From the NCBI RefSeq assembly GCF_001194135.2, contig NC_068982.1, forward strand, positions 151,132,317 through 151,196,316: a stretch of 64,000 bases of DNA. The letters are read 5' to 3'. The stretch is from Octopus bimaculoides. Taxonomy: Eukaryota. The notes beneath the pieces were generated by a model. It saw only the letters and a program-made list of their open reading frames with translations. It was not told where the DNA came from and did not search any database. Position numbers and translations under genes: made by a program. The stretch's first letter is position 1. Every line of letters starts with the position of its first letter. This document shows positions 13,906-27,720 of the stretch, in pieces.

Positions 13906-15329
13906 CATAATTTACCATAACATGTATTCATTCAACGACAAACAGATGTGCAAATATACAGAAAACAAATAGAATTTGGAAGCCATTGATAAAATGAATT
14001 AAAACAAACACAAAAAGTCCTTGGTTTCTCTGACTAATCAGTTGGACAACTCGTTGATAAAGTGATAAAATCAATCAATGACAGTATATTTCAATGAGAT
14101 TGAGCAAACATATTAATGTGATGAATACACGCAGGATAGCAATGGAATTATAAACAGAAGACTATACCTTAGGTATTAAAAAATGTATTTAGGTGTTTTA
14201 GATATTTTCTTTGCGAGAGAAATTTTTGAAAAGGTATTTTGAGCTAATTGATATTCAGAATCAAAAAGAGTAATAGATAAACAGTTAAAAATAAATATAT
14301 AAATCTATATCTAGCAGATGCATTTAGATAGTATCTTTAGATGTTTGCTGAAATGTACGAAATCGATGTTGCTTCTAATTTCGTTACAAACAACATATTG
14401 ACTATGTTCAGAGCAGATTCTCGGCTTAACACTTCACATACAATTAATTACTTACTGGCTTAGTACAAACATGTTATATCTGAATAAGTCATAGCATTAT
14501 TATGTCAGTTCAGTGAGTAGGTAGAAGGATGTTTTAGTATAAATAAGGCTCTGGATTCTGTCACTAAGGCTTTGCAATCTGCTGATACTATTACAGACAC
14601 GACTTTAGTCAATTAAACAGGAAAAATAAATTCGTTGTGACTAATTTAAAATGTTCTCTATAACATGAAGCTCAATGGAAGAGTTTTGTTTGAGCCACTT
14701 TCCAATAAGCATGATTTTACTTGGTTATTCCTGAGGTGGTGTTGATGAGAAAATATAAGATGAAGTAATTTCAACTTTTCATTTATTATATTTCAATATT
14801 AACGTCTGTTTTCCTACACCAACACATACAATTATGTGCATTTACTAAATGATCCTTCATCACTATATCACCTGGTACAGTTAAGTAATACTTCGTAGAT
14901 GAGGTCGGAATAATGATGAAACATATGCAGAGTTGACATATATTAGTTATCTAAAAAAATATTAATTATTGATATTGTTTTTGCTTCACTGCATAATTAT
15001 TTTTAGTGCTTTTGAAACCCTCCTCCTGTTAAATATGGTGATACTCACCCACCTGTTTATTGTAGATAATTTACAGATTTTGTGAAAGTGATTTTATGAG
15101 TTATATTGGATATCAATCATCCTAGTGACGTCATATATAATACACGTCTTAGATAGGTTAATGTCGCTATGGTTTGCAGATGTTGATACATATATTACTC
15201 TCATTAAAAAAAAAATCTGAAACTTTTCTCACATTTTCAACCATTATTCATCCCTTTTTCTATGCTGATATAATTTTCTAATTAAAAGATACAGGTTTTC
15301 TTGAAGTATAGTGTTTTACATGCAAGGTT

Positions 15330-15560
15330 TTCATGAAGGCCGATCTTTTCAAAAATGTTAGGTTCATACCTTAAGATAGATGTTCTAGACTTGTTTGATG
15401 GCTTTATTGGACACATTAATTACATCTATCACAGTCATGTCAGTATCGTAAGAAATTTGCCTAACAAGTGCGTAACTATGGTTTCAATTTCACTATGCAG
15501 CATTTCGGGGAAAATGTCTTTTCCTAGAGCTTTGATTTGCCGAATACCTAGCAACTGATG
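15330..15560 (-). mobile_element. Very decayed LINE reverse-transcriptase N-terminal fragment
   Basis: ORF 15435..15665 contains KALGKDIFPEMLH, cf. the KAPGxDxIPxExLK motif preceding RT domain 1. Confidence 0.35.
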
Positions 15561-16539
15561 AAAACATTGCAGCAACCCATCATGTGTGCGCGCGTGCGCT
15601 TGTATATACTCACATATATGTATATATGAAAGTATAGTGCACTCAAAGTACCGCGTGGAAATCATATCTAGAAGTTAACTGTTAATGATTCTCTATATCA
15701 GTACTCGGAGTTCCATAGATATATTAAGTATACGCATGGTCAATCAGAGAATTTCATGAATGATTTTAGACCAAAGGGAAATTACTCAAGTGACTTTGGT
15801 ATAAGGAAGGTAAGCCAGTTCAGTCATGGCTCAATAACGTTCAGAAAAGTAACCCGGACCCTTAAACAAAGGGACTCATAATTTCTTCATATGCTGTTAA
15901 ATGTTCCAACGCCTGGAAATTTCGCAAGTGGTAAGTCCTCTGATGGTGACAGTTACACAATAACTCGGGCTTTCTATTGAGATATATTACTAGCCGCTAC
16001 AATACCTGGAACTTTCTAAATCAGAGTACAGATATGGTAAGTATGGAATTCATGGTAGCAATATCAACAATGTTCTTTGTCACTAAAGAATGTTCGGTTA
16101 TGTGGTTCCTAAGTTTCGAGATTAATCGGGACAGGGAAATGAAATTTTCCCTTTTCCTTGACGTAATCGAGTTAATGAATTTTGAAAATGTTCGCAGTAA
16201 GCCATGTTTAACTAGGTGAATACCTCAAAGTGGGTTATTAATACTTGTGAAATAATTCCTTAGGAAAGACAAAGTACCCTACGAGAGCACGTTGCTGGAT
16301 TTCGATAACTGTAATTTAGCTGGTAGTGTAGGATATGTGAATATGTACGTTTTGTATTGTAACGTACAATCTAAGAAGTGATGTTTTTCATGAAAGAAAA
16401 GGTGGCCTTAACGTTGTGTGTCTTCTATTTACGTGCTGATGAAAAGTGTTGCCGTATTTCAGCCAGGATGCTACTGGCTATGTTCATAGAAACAACTAAG
16501 TTATGGGAATGATAAAACCAGATTAATTTTCTCTTCTTA

Positions 16540-17250
16540 ATTCTTGTCTGGTGTGGAGTAGGTGAGATGCATTCCATATAAATTAGTTTCTCACTGAGAC
16601 AAGCCCAAAAATGATAATGATGAAAAGGCGTATTGTAGGATAGATCAGAGGCTCACCTACTCATACCGACTATCAGGTTCCTAATGATGGCGGAGGGAAA
16701 TTGGAATTTTTTTCTGGAGGTATACCGTTTCTTTTCCTGATTTCTGTAGAAGCAATGGTTTTCTGTCAATAAACCTGTTATTTTTACTAAATGGGTTATT
16801 TTTTTGGTTGATGTTAGTTGTTGTTTAAAAGACGGCTCTTTAAAAATGCACATTAAGTCATTTCTGTATCTATTCAGGTTGTGTCCATTCAATTTATATG
16901 TGAGTGTCTAGCATATCATCTCTGTACTATAATGAACTAGTGGGAGGTTTCTGCATAGTGAAGATGTCAAAAATTAACAGTCTCACAAAATCTTCTGTCT
17001 CAGTGCCATCTCAATTTTCCGCAGAGATGTCGAACAAAATATCACCCTCTTTGTCGAACCAGTACAGTTCATCATGATTAAGGTGTGATTTCCTGCAATA
17101 TTAATATGAACCTCATCATGGTAAATTGACATCCGAAATTCGATGCGTTCAGGAGGAGGGGAGTGGATATAAATAGATAAAAGTCCATTTGATAAATTTA
17201 AAGGCGGCTTTGTTTTCATTGCCGAGTAACCACTTGATAATATCAACGCT
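16540..17250 (-). mobile_element. Possible decayed Tc1/mariner-superfamily transposase
   Basis: IYHDEVHINIAG (cf. FSDEAHFxLxG) upstream and SDLS...FWACLSEKL (cf. SPDLNPxDxxxWxxLKxK) downstream, in the right order and rough spacing. Confidence 0.3.
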
Positions 17251-17652
17251 GCAATTCTATCGTTCTATTCTCGTAATATTTCTAATTTTCAGTTTAATAT
17301 TTAATAGCGTCGAGAATGCACTTGCTAATCTCAATTCGCATTTGGCATGATTAATTAACCTACATTTAAGATTGGACAGGAAGCTGGTAGGTGGTTTTTA
17401 AAGATGATGAAATGAAGCGGCATGGCGAGGCAATCCATGCAGTAATCTATATTTAGTAAGGTGACTAGTTTCATCACCCCAGTATTTTATAGTCTGTCAT
17501 GTAGAAGTGGTGCGTTTTGTGCAATTTTGTGATGCTTCAGTGGCATTCAGCTCATATGTGTGCTTGGCTTTGTCTCAACAAGTATCTAGATACTGGGAAG
17601 TTGTTGAATAAATTCATATAATTGCTCAAGGTTTTATATTTATACGCACACG

Positions 17653-17722
<70 letters not shown>

Positions 17723-17757
17723 ACTATACATGTATATGCATATATACCTATACCTAT

Positions 17758-17899
17758 NNNNNNNNNNNNNNNNNNNNNNNNNNNNNNNNNNNNNNNNNNN
17801 NNNNNNNNNNNNNNNNNNNNNNNNNNNNNNNNNNNNNNNNNNNNNNNNNNNNNNNNNNNNNNNNNNNNNNNNNNNNNNNNNNNNNNNNNNNNNNNNNNN
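17758..17899. other. Assembly gap within a (TA)n/(GT)n tract
   Basis: N bases. Confidence 0.99.
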
Positions 17900-17937
<38 letters not shown>

Positions 17938-18269
17938 TTATATACAAAGCAAACATTACATTTAAGTAGAGTATCAGGTGTATTCATACAAGGATAGGTT
18001 CTCAGTAGCTTCGGAATTTTGGACTTAGCTACTGTCGACGGTCTGGCAAAGCAACTGTGCCGAAGCTTCGAAGTTAGTATCAAACTGGTTCTAGCAAAAT
18101 AAATAGATATGTGTGCATACACATAGACGCATAAACAAAGCTGTGTTTTAGTTATGCTTCATTAATTTTCTTTTTTTTCATTTTCGTATGAGTTATTTTC
18201 GCATACAAAAGCATGAAAAAAAGCTTGATAAAAAGATAAAACTGGACCACAATTATGTTTCCTCCCCCA

Positions 18270-18425
18270 CTTACACTCACACTCACACACACACACATAC
18301 ACGCACACTCACACACACACTCACACTCACATACACAAACACACACACATACACGCACACTCACACACATAAACACACACATATACACACATATATACAC
18401 ATGCACATACTCAAACACACACATA
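18270..18425. repeat. Degenerate (CA)n tract
   Basis: Visible. Confidence 0.9.
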
Positions 18426-18479
18426 TAACAGATTGACTCAATTTTACATTACCTCATTAGATTCAGTTTAGTTGATGCG

Positions 18480-18925
18480 GAACGCGTCGGTATCATCAGA
18501 TATACGGAGTCAGACTGAAGAGAACTTAAAGACATTATTATAGGGCTTCAAAGTGAAAATACCTGGGCTTCCATTAGTGACTTCATTCTTTGGATATGCA
18601 TCGACCGCAATTCTTTTCATCATATACTCTATTGGTTGAGCAAACAGTATATTGGCATCAAATAGTCAGCAGTCTCTAGAATTCGCCATTTCAGTCACTA
18701 CCTGACGTGACGACCACTTTGGTGATGTTAAATTATATAAAATTTTGCTTGATAAAGATTTCTGTTTCATTTGGAGTCTCCACGATCAAGGAAACGACTT
18801 CTTCAAACTTAGAAAGAGTAATTTTGTTGGGATTCCATTCTTACATGGAGTTCGTAAGTACCAACTCGGTTTCTGCAAGAAACTGCATTTAATGCCGCAG
18901 CTTTCAGTAGCCATCAATAGGAAAA
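18480..18925 (-). mobile_element. Decayed Penelope-like GIY-YIG C-terminus and 3' end
   Basis: Frameshifted motifs KKSF...NETE...LKWRILE (cf. HKKSF...NETELSK...IKWxIL), followed by ctgatgata-ccg-acgcgt at 18500-18482, resembling a collapsed hammerhead. Confidence 0.45.
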
Positions 18926-18929
18926 TAGA

Positions 18930-18977
18930 TTTCGCTAAGCGTTTTGCCCGGCTTACTAACGATTCTGCCAGCACGCC
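18930..18977 (-). mobile_element. Family A SINE head fragment
   Basis: Reverse complement ggcgtgctggcagaatcgttagtaagccgggcaaaacgcttagcga matches the family A 5' end. Confidence 0.8.
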
Positions 18978-19186
18978 CCCTCAACAACAACAACAACACA
19001 TACTTACATGCATTCATACATGTATGCATGTGTGTATACGTGCAGATTTGTATGTTTTGTTTTATGTATGTCTTCTCATGCATACTAGCGGTACCCCAGC
19101 ATGGCCGCAGCCTCAGGGTTGAAACATATAAAAGAGTAAAAAAATATACTTGCATATCTAGACATTCTCATATATACTCATATGCA

Positions 19187-19260
19187 TCTATGTATGTATG
19201 TATGTATGTATGTATGTATGTATGTATGTATGTATGTATGTATGTATGTATGTATGTATG
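19187..19260. repeat. (TATG)n microsatellite
   Basis: Visible. Confidence 0.95.
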
Positions 19261-20099
19261 CAATCATAAATGATAACTGTTTCCAGGAAATTATACTTTG
19301 TCAAGGTGTCATATAGTTGTCAGTATTTTAGTTTTAACTTCAAACAAAAGTCACAAGCCGTTTTCAATATATTCTTTGTAGTGATAGCGTTGGTTTTAAG
19401 CTGCTTTTTCACAATAGTTATCTCTCGCTACGGAGCGAAAAAGATATCTATTCGTAAACAGAACAACTTGCTCTGCATGTTACCCGGCAGTACACTTCGG
19501 TAGCACTGCCAAGCCAGGGATTTCTGAAAGTTATCCATAGTGGTGCCAGGCCTGAAAGTCCTTCGTAATAGACCAAATAGTTCATCCTTATCAACGCCTA
19601 GAGCTTCCCGTAAACGTCATCATTCTTATCCACTACTAGAATCTGATTATCAGCTAAATACATTGTGAGGGTCGCCCCAGTACCCATCGTTAACAAGGCA
19701 GGTGGTCTTTGGTCTAGTGGCTAAGTCAAAAGAGATTGTGTGATGGACGAGGCTGAAAGGGTTGAGGAAAACCACCTTCCTCTTCGGTCAAGCTCTCATC
19801 CCCTTTTTAAAGTTCCACTTGGAAAGGAAGGTGTGAGGGTGGAAAGAAAAGTGCTACTTTCCAGTGAATTTGTGAAAAGATGAATAAATGTGGCAAAAAT
19901 GGTTAGAGTGAATGACCCTGCTCTACGTATGCTCCCGTAAATTAGAGAGCTCCCTCGTAAGGTGGCCTGAGTAATTACAGTTCTGTGGGGTTCCTTGATT
20001 AGCCATTGCTGGAATTTCTTCTGTATCAGGAGGACTGCATCATCCATGTTATCTGATCCCTTTCTGAAATGGACGAAAGTCGTCCTCGGAACTTGGAAA

Positions 20100-21170
20100 C
20101 AAGACCTAGAAAGCTGCTCACACTCCACTCTAAAAGTAATACCGACCGACTCTAGCTATCAAAAGAGGAAGGTGGTAGAGGATTACTAAATGCAGAAGGC
20201 ACTGTTGGTACGGCGATATTGGGTCTGAAAAATTATGTTGTACAGAGTAAAGAAAGAATACTATCGTTAGTCAGAGATATCCAAAAAGTGACTGAAACTG
20301 TAAGAGAATTCAAAGAGGAAAGGAAGAACAAAAGAACAAACAAACAGAAAGAAATGGAATTACATGCCCAATTCCTGCAATGAACCGAGAATGTCAATTG
20401 ACGAGCGGGAACTTGAAACGAGAGACAGAAACGCTAATTATAACCACTCAGGAAGAAGCCCTTAGAACAAATCTGATAAGGATGAAGATCGATAAAACTC
20501 GGTCAGGCAGCAAATGTAGAATCCGCAGGAAAGGAAACGAAAGTATCAATCACTTTTTGAGTGAGTGCAATCTACTAACACAAAGGAAGTAAAAGCGCAG
20601 ACATGGCTGTGTAGGCAAGAAAGTATACTGAGATAGTAGCCGAGTATGTGCTTGAAAACAACAGAAAGGTGGGATGAACACGAAACGGAAGCTGTGATAG
20701 AAAATGAGAATTACAAGATCTTGTGGGACTTCCCCAGAAAGACTGACCATACTTTTGAAACAAGAAAACCAAATATGATTATAGAGGGCAGAATAAACAA
20801 ACAGTAAAATCATATATTTTGCAGTTCCCTATGATATCAGAGTCAACACCAAGTAAATGGAAAACAATTGAGAAATGTCAAAATCTAGCCATCGAACTGA
20901 GACTGTGGAAGACCAAGGCAAAAATTATTCCTGTAGTAATTGGTGCATTTAGTAAGGCACCTAAAATGCTACCTAAAAGACTGAAAGAGATTAGAATTGA
21001 AACTCGTATTGTCGACATGCAGAAAAGTACCATCCTATATTCTTCAAGAATTCTGAGGAAGATTCTTGAGATCTGAGGAGACTTGTTACCAAATATGCAA
21101 ATAAAATACATACAAACTAAATTAGCATGCACTAGCGTCATGCTAATAATAATTACTTAATAACAACAAG
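20100..21170 (+). mobile_element. R4/Dong-type LINE 3' portion (thumb, CCHC knuckle, restriction-like endonuclease), pseudogenised
   Basis: RL*LSKEEGGRGL, ETETLIITTQEEALRTN, KCRI...ESINHFLSEC, ILWDF...RKPN, IPVVIGA...ILRKILEI*, then a 3' UTR and degenerate AAT tail. Confidence 0.85.
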
Positions 21171-22497
21171 CATAGGAATTAAAAAATGCAGCTTTTGTTA
21201 ACAATGCATAAAAGAAGTCTCCTTCAGTATCTGCGTATATACCCATGGGATTATTTTACTTCATCCGCTGTATGTATAGACATGAATGAAGCTATTCATG
21301 TGGTCTCCGATGAATCTTTCATTGTTTAACTTATCAAGGAAAATACGACAGTACTTGCACTAAATCTGTTTGAATGACCGATTAATTGACTCTCCTGAGA
21401 AAACTGCATATCAAAGGCTCCACTTTTGAAGTAAACCTTCTTATCGTACCACTTCTTGCAATGATAATTATTTCAGGAAAAAAAAAGGAAACCGGAGCGT
21501 TTTGTTTTATTGTTTATGAAAGGAAATACAGTTCCTAGGAATTATTACCAGGTGTTAATACATAAAAAGTAGAGCCACAAGCCACCCTCTCACAGCGAAA
21601 TGTGAAATAATGGCTATATAAAAGAGCAAATTACACGTTGGCTTTCTGATAACATAAGTCATTTAGTGAGCACAGTGCTTTTTGGTATACATTATGGTAG
21701 TAACCACCAAATTCAAACACAATCAATTTGGATACGCCTCATAACTCTTACTGAAATTCACGAATCGATGGTTTAGCAGAGAGTATTGTAACCAACATAG
21801 CAGTTACTACCATCGATCTAAGTAGAGCTTACTATTAGGTGCCACTGCATCCAAAAGAAGTAGTACTACCTGATGGCAAGTACTGACTTATTTTGAATTA
21901 ATGGGAAAATTGTATGAATTCAAAAGATTGTTTCTTGGCTGTACTAGCGTAGTACTAATCTTTCGTACCATAGATAGGTTTATAAACAGCTACAATCTGA
22001 AAAAAAAATCTAAACCTTCTTGGATGACATAATTGTTGACAAGAACTAAGAGATTAATATGTTCATAACCTTTCAACCGATCAGTACCACTGTAATCCAT
22101 TTGTATCTTGCGCACACGTATATAGCTGGTAATAGTTGATCTGCTCTCCTCACGAGCGAGACTTCTGTCCATTGTTATGAATGATTTATCATAGCTGGTC
22201 AGTTATTACTGTAACCGCAGCTGCACTGTTTCAGCCTGAAGTGAGTCGATAATGCAGGCGAAAAATTAGGTTGCGCGTCAGGAATCTAAGTTTTATTTCG
22301 TAATAATCAGAGAGTCCCGATGAGCTTACATCTAACTGATATACGGGCGCTGTTTGAGTTGTCATGGTGAAAATAGTAATATAGAAAACAAGTTTGGAAG
22401 ATTTCTTAACCATTATGAGTTAAAAAAAACCGTTCGATCGAAAACCAGTCACACCTATGAAAATAAAAACAACAAAAAATTGTAAGAAACAAAAACA

Positions 22498-22560
22498 ATA
22501 TACATACATACAAACACACATACATATACACACATACGTACATACATACATACATACATA

Positions 22561-22592
<32 letters not shown>

Positions 22593-22620
22593 CACACACA
22601 CAAATGTATATATATATATC
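22498..22620. repeat. (CATA)n/(CA)n/(TA)n tract
   Basis: Visible. Confidence 0.9.
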
Positions 22621-23008
22621 TTTTATAATCTAAATAGTAACAGAAGGTAGAATTCTGACGGCCCATGTGTTACGATAATTCAGTGCGACTGAATAGAGAA
22701 AATAATGCTTCAGTTATAGCAGGAGCGTTGTACATATGAAGATATGAATATTTTTGGAAAATTAGTTACGTAATTTATATGTAAGTGAAATACAAATTCT
22801 CTAAAAGCTTACGTGCTGTGTTGACGGAAAATGCAACTGAAATAATAGAAAAGAAATCAACATACGTACTCATCACCCTGGCGGAATTGTTATATGGCAA
22901 ATCGATGTCTTGTTCAAATGAATCGTACCTTGTACTAAAACTAGTTGAAACGCATGTAGAAATCGACCTACTCCACTGATTCCTTGCTCTGACTGACCAA
23001 GTCCAGTC

Positions 23009-23011
<3 letters not shown>

Positions 23012-23063
<52 letters not shown>

Positions 23064-23160
23064 TAAAGAGTGAGATAAAAAGGGGGAAGAGGAGGGAGAG
23101 AGATAAAAAGGGAGAAAGAGAAGAGCAGAGAGAGAGAAATAAAATAAGTAGGGAGAGAAC
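23012..23160. repeat. (GA)n and purine-rich tract
   Basis: Visible. Confidence 0.9.
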
Positions 23161-23299
23161 AGCTTTGAGTTCTGTGTATATAGTTGCGTAGTTCAGAAGT
23201 CCTGCTCTCTCTTTAGTCCAATAAATGGATGAAAAATTGTGGACAATTAAAACTTCATCAGGTTGCGTAAGGATCACTACAAACATAATAGTCTACCTA

Positions 23300-24450
23300 G
23301 ACTACTTCCATACTACACAATCGATATTCCAAACCTCCCTGTTTTGACACGACCAATAACGAATGCTCAACAATAAATCAAACAATAGCATTGTTTTCCT
23401 CAAGACGTTCTATATACAGTTAGAATATCGGAGAGTATTTTAATCAATGCATCAGCATTGATTAAAATATATCGGTAGCTCCTATTCTCGATCAGCCATT
23501 CATATTTGAAGTAGATGCATTAGGTGGAACATTTAATCAGCAAAATAGAAATGTTGCCTTCTACTGCAGATCATTGAGAAGAAAAAAAATCTAATCAATC
23601 ATTTGTGGAAAAGGAAGTCTGTGAAAGCTGTAAAAGATGGTGTTATTTTATAGGTCCAGTTTTGCATTTCAATACTATTACTGATCAAAACTCAGCCGCT
23701 TTCTTTTTTCACAAGCACCGTGCACGAACAATCTCATCTGATCGCAATGGGAACTTTCAGATTTAAATTTCATCATCATATATTGGTTACATTCATAAAA
23801 TTACGAAGTAGACATACTCTCGAGATGTGCTGTCTTTGGAAAACTATAGTTACTATCAACACTTCACTCACAGCGTTGTCATCCATAGTGCTACGGCTTC
23901 AATCATTATTGAAAAACTTACAAATCAGTCTCACGCTAGAAATGAAATTCAAAATTTAACAAACGCGTGTCAAATCTGGAAGGAACTAAAATTTGAGTTT
24001 TCCAAGCCAATGTTCGATAGATTTATTGAAGCCAAAAGTTAGAGGGAACATTTTTCAATGGATTTTGTTGAACCCTAAAAAAATACAAAAAAAAAAAAAA
24101 TGGAAAAATCCTAGTTCCTATTAATGATTGCGAATAAGTTTATTCTGTTGACATCTTCATATCGCCCATCGATGTGAAAGTATGAGAACAGATTGTTATA
24201 TTACATTTCCTTACCATTTAAAATTTGGATTACCTGCTAGTATATACATTGTCATAGAGGTACTGTTTGAGAGTGAGAGACTTTGGCTATTTCTTGGTTC
24301 AAAAGGAGTACTCAAATCACGAAAGACATTATACCAACCAAAAAGCAACGGCCGGTGTACGAGAAAAAGTGGTTCCTCATTGGAAACGTTAACTTAGCAT
24401 GACGAAATCTAAGGTTGGATATGTGAAACTGAGAAAGTGTATCGCTAAAG
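23300..24450 (+). mobile_element. Ty3/gypsy pol remnant (RNase H + integrase)
   Basis: APILDQPFIFEVDA...NVAFYCRSL...EKE...ITDQNSAAF (RNase H); SMDFVEP and TLYQPKSNGRC (integrase, cf. TPYxPxxNGxxER). Frameshifted, with deletions. Confidence 0.75.
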
Positions 24451-25399
24451 GTTTTATATTTGCGTTTATTTTGCCTACTGCCTACTTAAACTTCTTACGA
24501 TGAAAAGGAAGCTAGATTTTACATCATGCTTATCTACAAACAAAAGCGAGACAATCTATTACGTTTTGCTCGCATAGATTTTTATAGTGCTCGAATAGAT
24601 ACATTACCGAGAAAACAGTAAGTTCCCCTCATTACATACATTCACAACTGACACATTTAGATTCTACAAACAAATGATTTAAATGCGGTTGATAATATTA
24701 CGATCTTTGTCGAGAATCAAACGTTTTTTTTAATGCACAAAATTAGTCTCTCCCAGTCTGTCTGTCTGTCTGTTTGTCTGTCTGACTGCCTGTCTACTTG
24801 TCTGTCGGTCTCTCTCTCTCTCTCTGTCTTCACCCCCACACCATAAAAAATCCTAATGAAATAATTATACACTAGCCATCAAAGATTCATCGATCAACCT
24901 ACCGTCCCTGAGAGAGAATATATAGATTATTTCTCGATATGATGATAATATTGTATAAATGTCTGTTAACATTTATCTCTGGCGTAAATATTGTTATATT
25001 TTTGTTTTGTTAATATGCCACAGTTTTTTCACTAAATGGGGCGAACATACTTATATGGTATATGCGCCTGCTCACTTAGTTTACTATTTGTTTTATATAC
25101 TCATGTGCAATGGGTGCATGTCCATTTTCGTTCTGAGATCAAACTGGCGTGCTATTTGATTTATCTTTCTCTACTACCACAGGCCTTATTATAATGGGCT
25201 TTGCAACACTTACCGTATTCATATTTATTATTTAACGCATTAACACTTCTATTATATTTTGCTTAAGTATCCGTTTTATTCCTCTGTACATATTGATAAT
25301 GTTTTCCTTTCTCTGTATAGATTGAATAAATGCTTGCTGAAGTTTACAAATTATTTGGTTTCCCAACAATGTTAATCTTCTGAATAGTTAATGTTACGA

Positions 25400-25790
25400 A
25401 CACTGTATTTATTATATAATACTCGATAGCACTAATATATACACTAATTGAATACTTGATACTACTAATATATTTAATTGAATTTTTGATCACACAAATA
25501 CTTATATTTATCACACTGAATACTTAATAGCACAAATACTTTATTTATTTACTAGGTACTTGATAACAATAATACTTCAATAATAACGTCAATACCTTCA
25601 TCGAATGTCTGAAAACACTACTTCTTATAGTCATTATATTTAATGCTTGTTAATATGAATACCAGTAATGGTGTTTTATTTATCGAGCTGGATACTTGAT
25701 ATTTACTAATATATTCATTATATTTATTATATAGAGTACTTGATAGCGCCAATAGTTATGTTTCTTGAACTAACTATTTAATATCATGAC
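25400..25790. repeat. Degenerate AT-rich minisatellite (unit about 30-37 bp, core aatacttgatagcactaata)
   Basis: The core recurs at least six times with irregular spacing. Confidence 0.65.
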
Positions 25791-26656
25791 TGTCTATATT
25801 TATTATATTTAATAATCGATAGTGAAAAGTTTAAAGTATTACTTTTCAAATTCTTTCTGTAGAATTATTTTTGAAATAAATTTTTCAGTTAATACTTACA
25901 GTTTTCGTTATTACTCTATAAACAGGCACTAACATGAAGGACAATGAAAGTTTAATGATATACCCGTATAGAATTTGGTGTCATTATTCCTTAATGATTA
26001 TTTATATTATTGATTTAATTCGGAAGTTTAATACACAGGAGTTGATATATGTGAAAACACGTATCATCAACTTTCGTATATTTAAATTATATTGGCAATT
26101 GAAAAGACATGGCAACAAGTAAAATTCATCAACACCACATTTACAACGTAGAACAACGATCCATTTTTTATATTTTTATACTGGGCTAATTTTGTACAGC
26201 GTTTGGTCAAAATGCCGCACGGCAGGAATTTTAGAGTTAAGTGAAGAGACAATAATTATTTTAATGACTGCCTCTGGTCAAGTCGAGAAAGGGAGACAAC
26301 CACTACCCCAGAATTTTAATTAATTATAATTAATGGGTTATTTCATTTCTTTTCCTTGACCAGCCACAGTAATTAAGCTAATGATTAGTCTTCTCATGGA
26401 CGTAATTTTAATGAAAATGGCTTAGCCTTGTGCTTTATTTATGTTCACGCCCACTTCACTGATTGTGTTTGATGCAACAGGTATCTCTTCGTATTTAATT
26501 CTAACAATTTTTTATTGATGTTCTCATTAAAAATGTAATTTTCTGTTAGTTATTGCATATGTTTAATGTCATCATTGAATTTGTGTGGATAATTTGAATT
26601 TCATCAAGTAACCAACGCTGAAACTCAGACAGCTGCTGTACAAAGGAACATGTATG

Positions 26657-26800
26657 TGGTCACCCGACCAAGAAAACCTTTCCTCAAATAACATCCTATT
26701 GCCTTAAAATGGAAGATTACATTGGATAATGTAGCCTCAGTTATTCTATACCTAGAAAAAGACAAGGTATTCATAGTTGGATACCTTTGACCAGAGGCCT
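26657..26800 (+). mobile_element. Family B SINE-like fragment
   Basis: cctcaaataacatcc...cattggataatgtagcc; matches the other family B copies. Confidence 0.55.
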
Positions 26801-27179
26801 ACTCTATCAAAACTGTGTTAGATATCCACAATATAAAATTTATTGCCTTTGGTACAAAAAGAACGATTTGATTTCTGTAATAATTTTTAACTCTTTCTCT
26901 AAACTTTATAATATGATATCTTTCCAATAATGCTGTAACAATTTGTACACTGTAAGAAAGACAACGGATTATCAATTGACATGATATTTGCAATATATCA
27001 GTTGCTCAACATGTGTTTGAATGTGTATATACACACATACATACGAAAACACACACATATGTATCAGATATTTAGCTCTGCTAACCCCTTGTCTATACCA
27101 TATGAGAATGTAACAATTATGCTCTCTGTCTTTTCGATTTTGTTAATGTTTGCTTAAGTTTTTTCTTTGGTAAAAGAAA

Positions 27180-27720
27180 AGAATCTATGAATTATGCAGA
27201 TATTCGGATTTCCATAGACATCCATATTACTTCTGGATCTTTTGCATAATAAATCACTCCCGAATAACGTATTGAACAAACTGTATAACAGAAAACCAAT
27301 CTTCTTGAAATATCTTTTGCAAAACTAATATTGCTATAAATACATTCGTTGTATTTTCTGTATTTAACAGTAAGTTTAGCAACGATTTAGAAAGTCTGTA
27401 AGAGGCAATAACTACAATTCCCAAAATACTTCAACGATTTACTACCATTAGCATCAACACAGAAAACAAGTCACAATCCAGTATGACCCAGCCATACTGC
27501 TATAAAATTTAGCGTTATTGATTTATGCCAACTAACCTATTTTGTTAACATTATCAGACACTTTTTCACACCATCCCATTTTTCAGTAACTACATTGTTG
27601 GTTGGTTTTGCTTGGCTTTAACAATCACCAAACCATTAACGTATGAGATTTAGACATGCAATCAGCCTATCGTGTTTTCCCATTCACTAGATTATTCAAA
27701 TAAATTTCTTCTCAAGAAGG
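27180..27720 (-). mobile_element. pogo/Tigger-like (DDE_1) transposase remnant
   Basis: GWCEK, LVFCVDANGSKSLK (cf. TxLxCxNAxGxxKLK), IFQEDWF..QFV, DPEV in the expected order; several frameshifts. Confidence 0.5.

Noticed and set aside
19501-19560. Twister ribozyme (tagcactgccaagcc resembles UAACACUGCCAAUGCC)
   Set aside because: The required downstream conserved segments (GUCCCAAGCC-like loop and 3' pseudoknot strands) are absent.
21610-21630. TATA box (ctatataaaag) as a promoter
   Set aside because: An isolated motif in AT-rich DNA with no associated transcript evidence.
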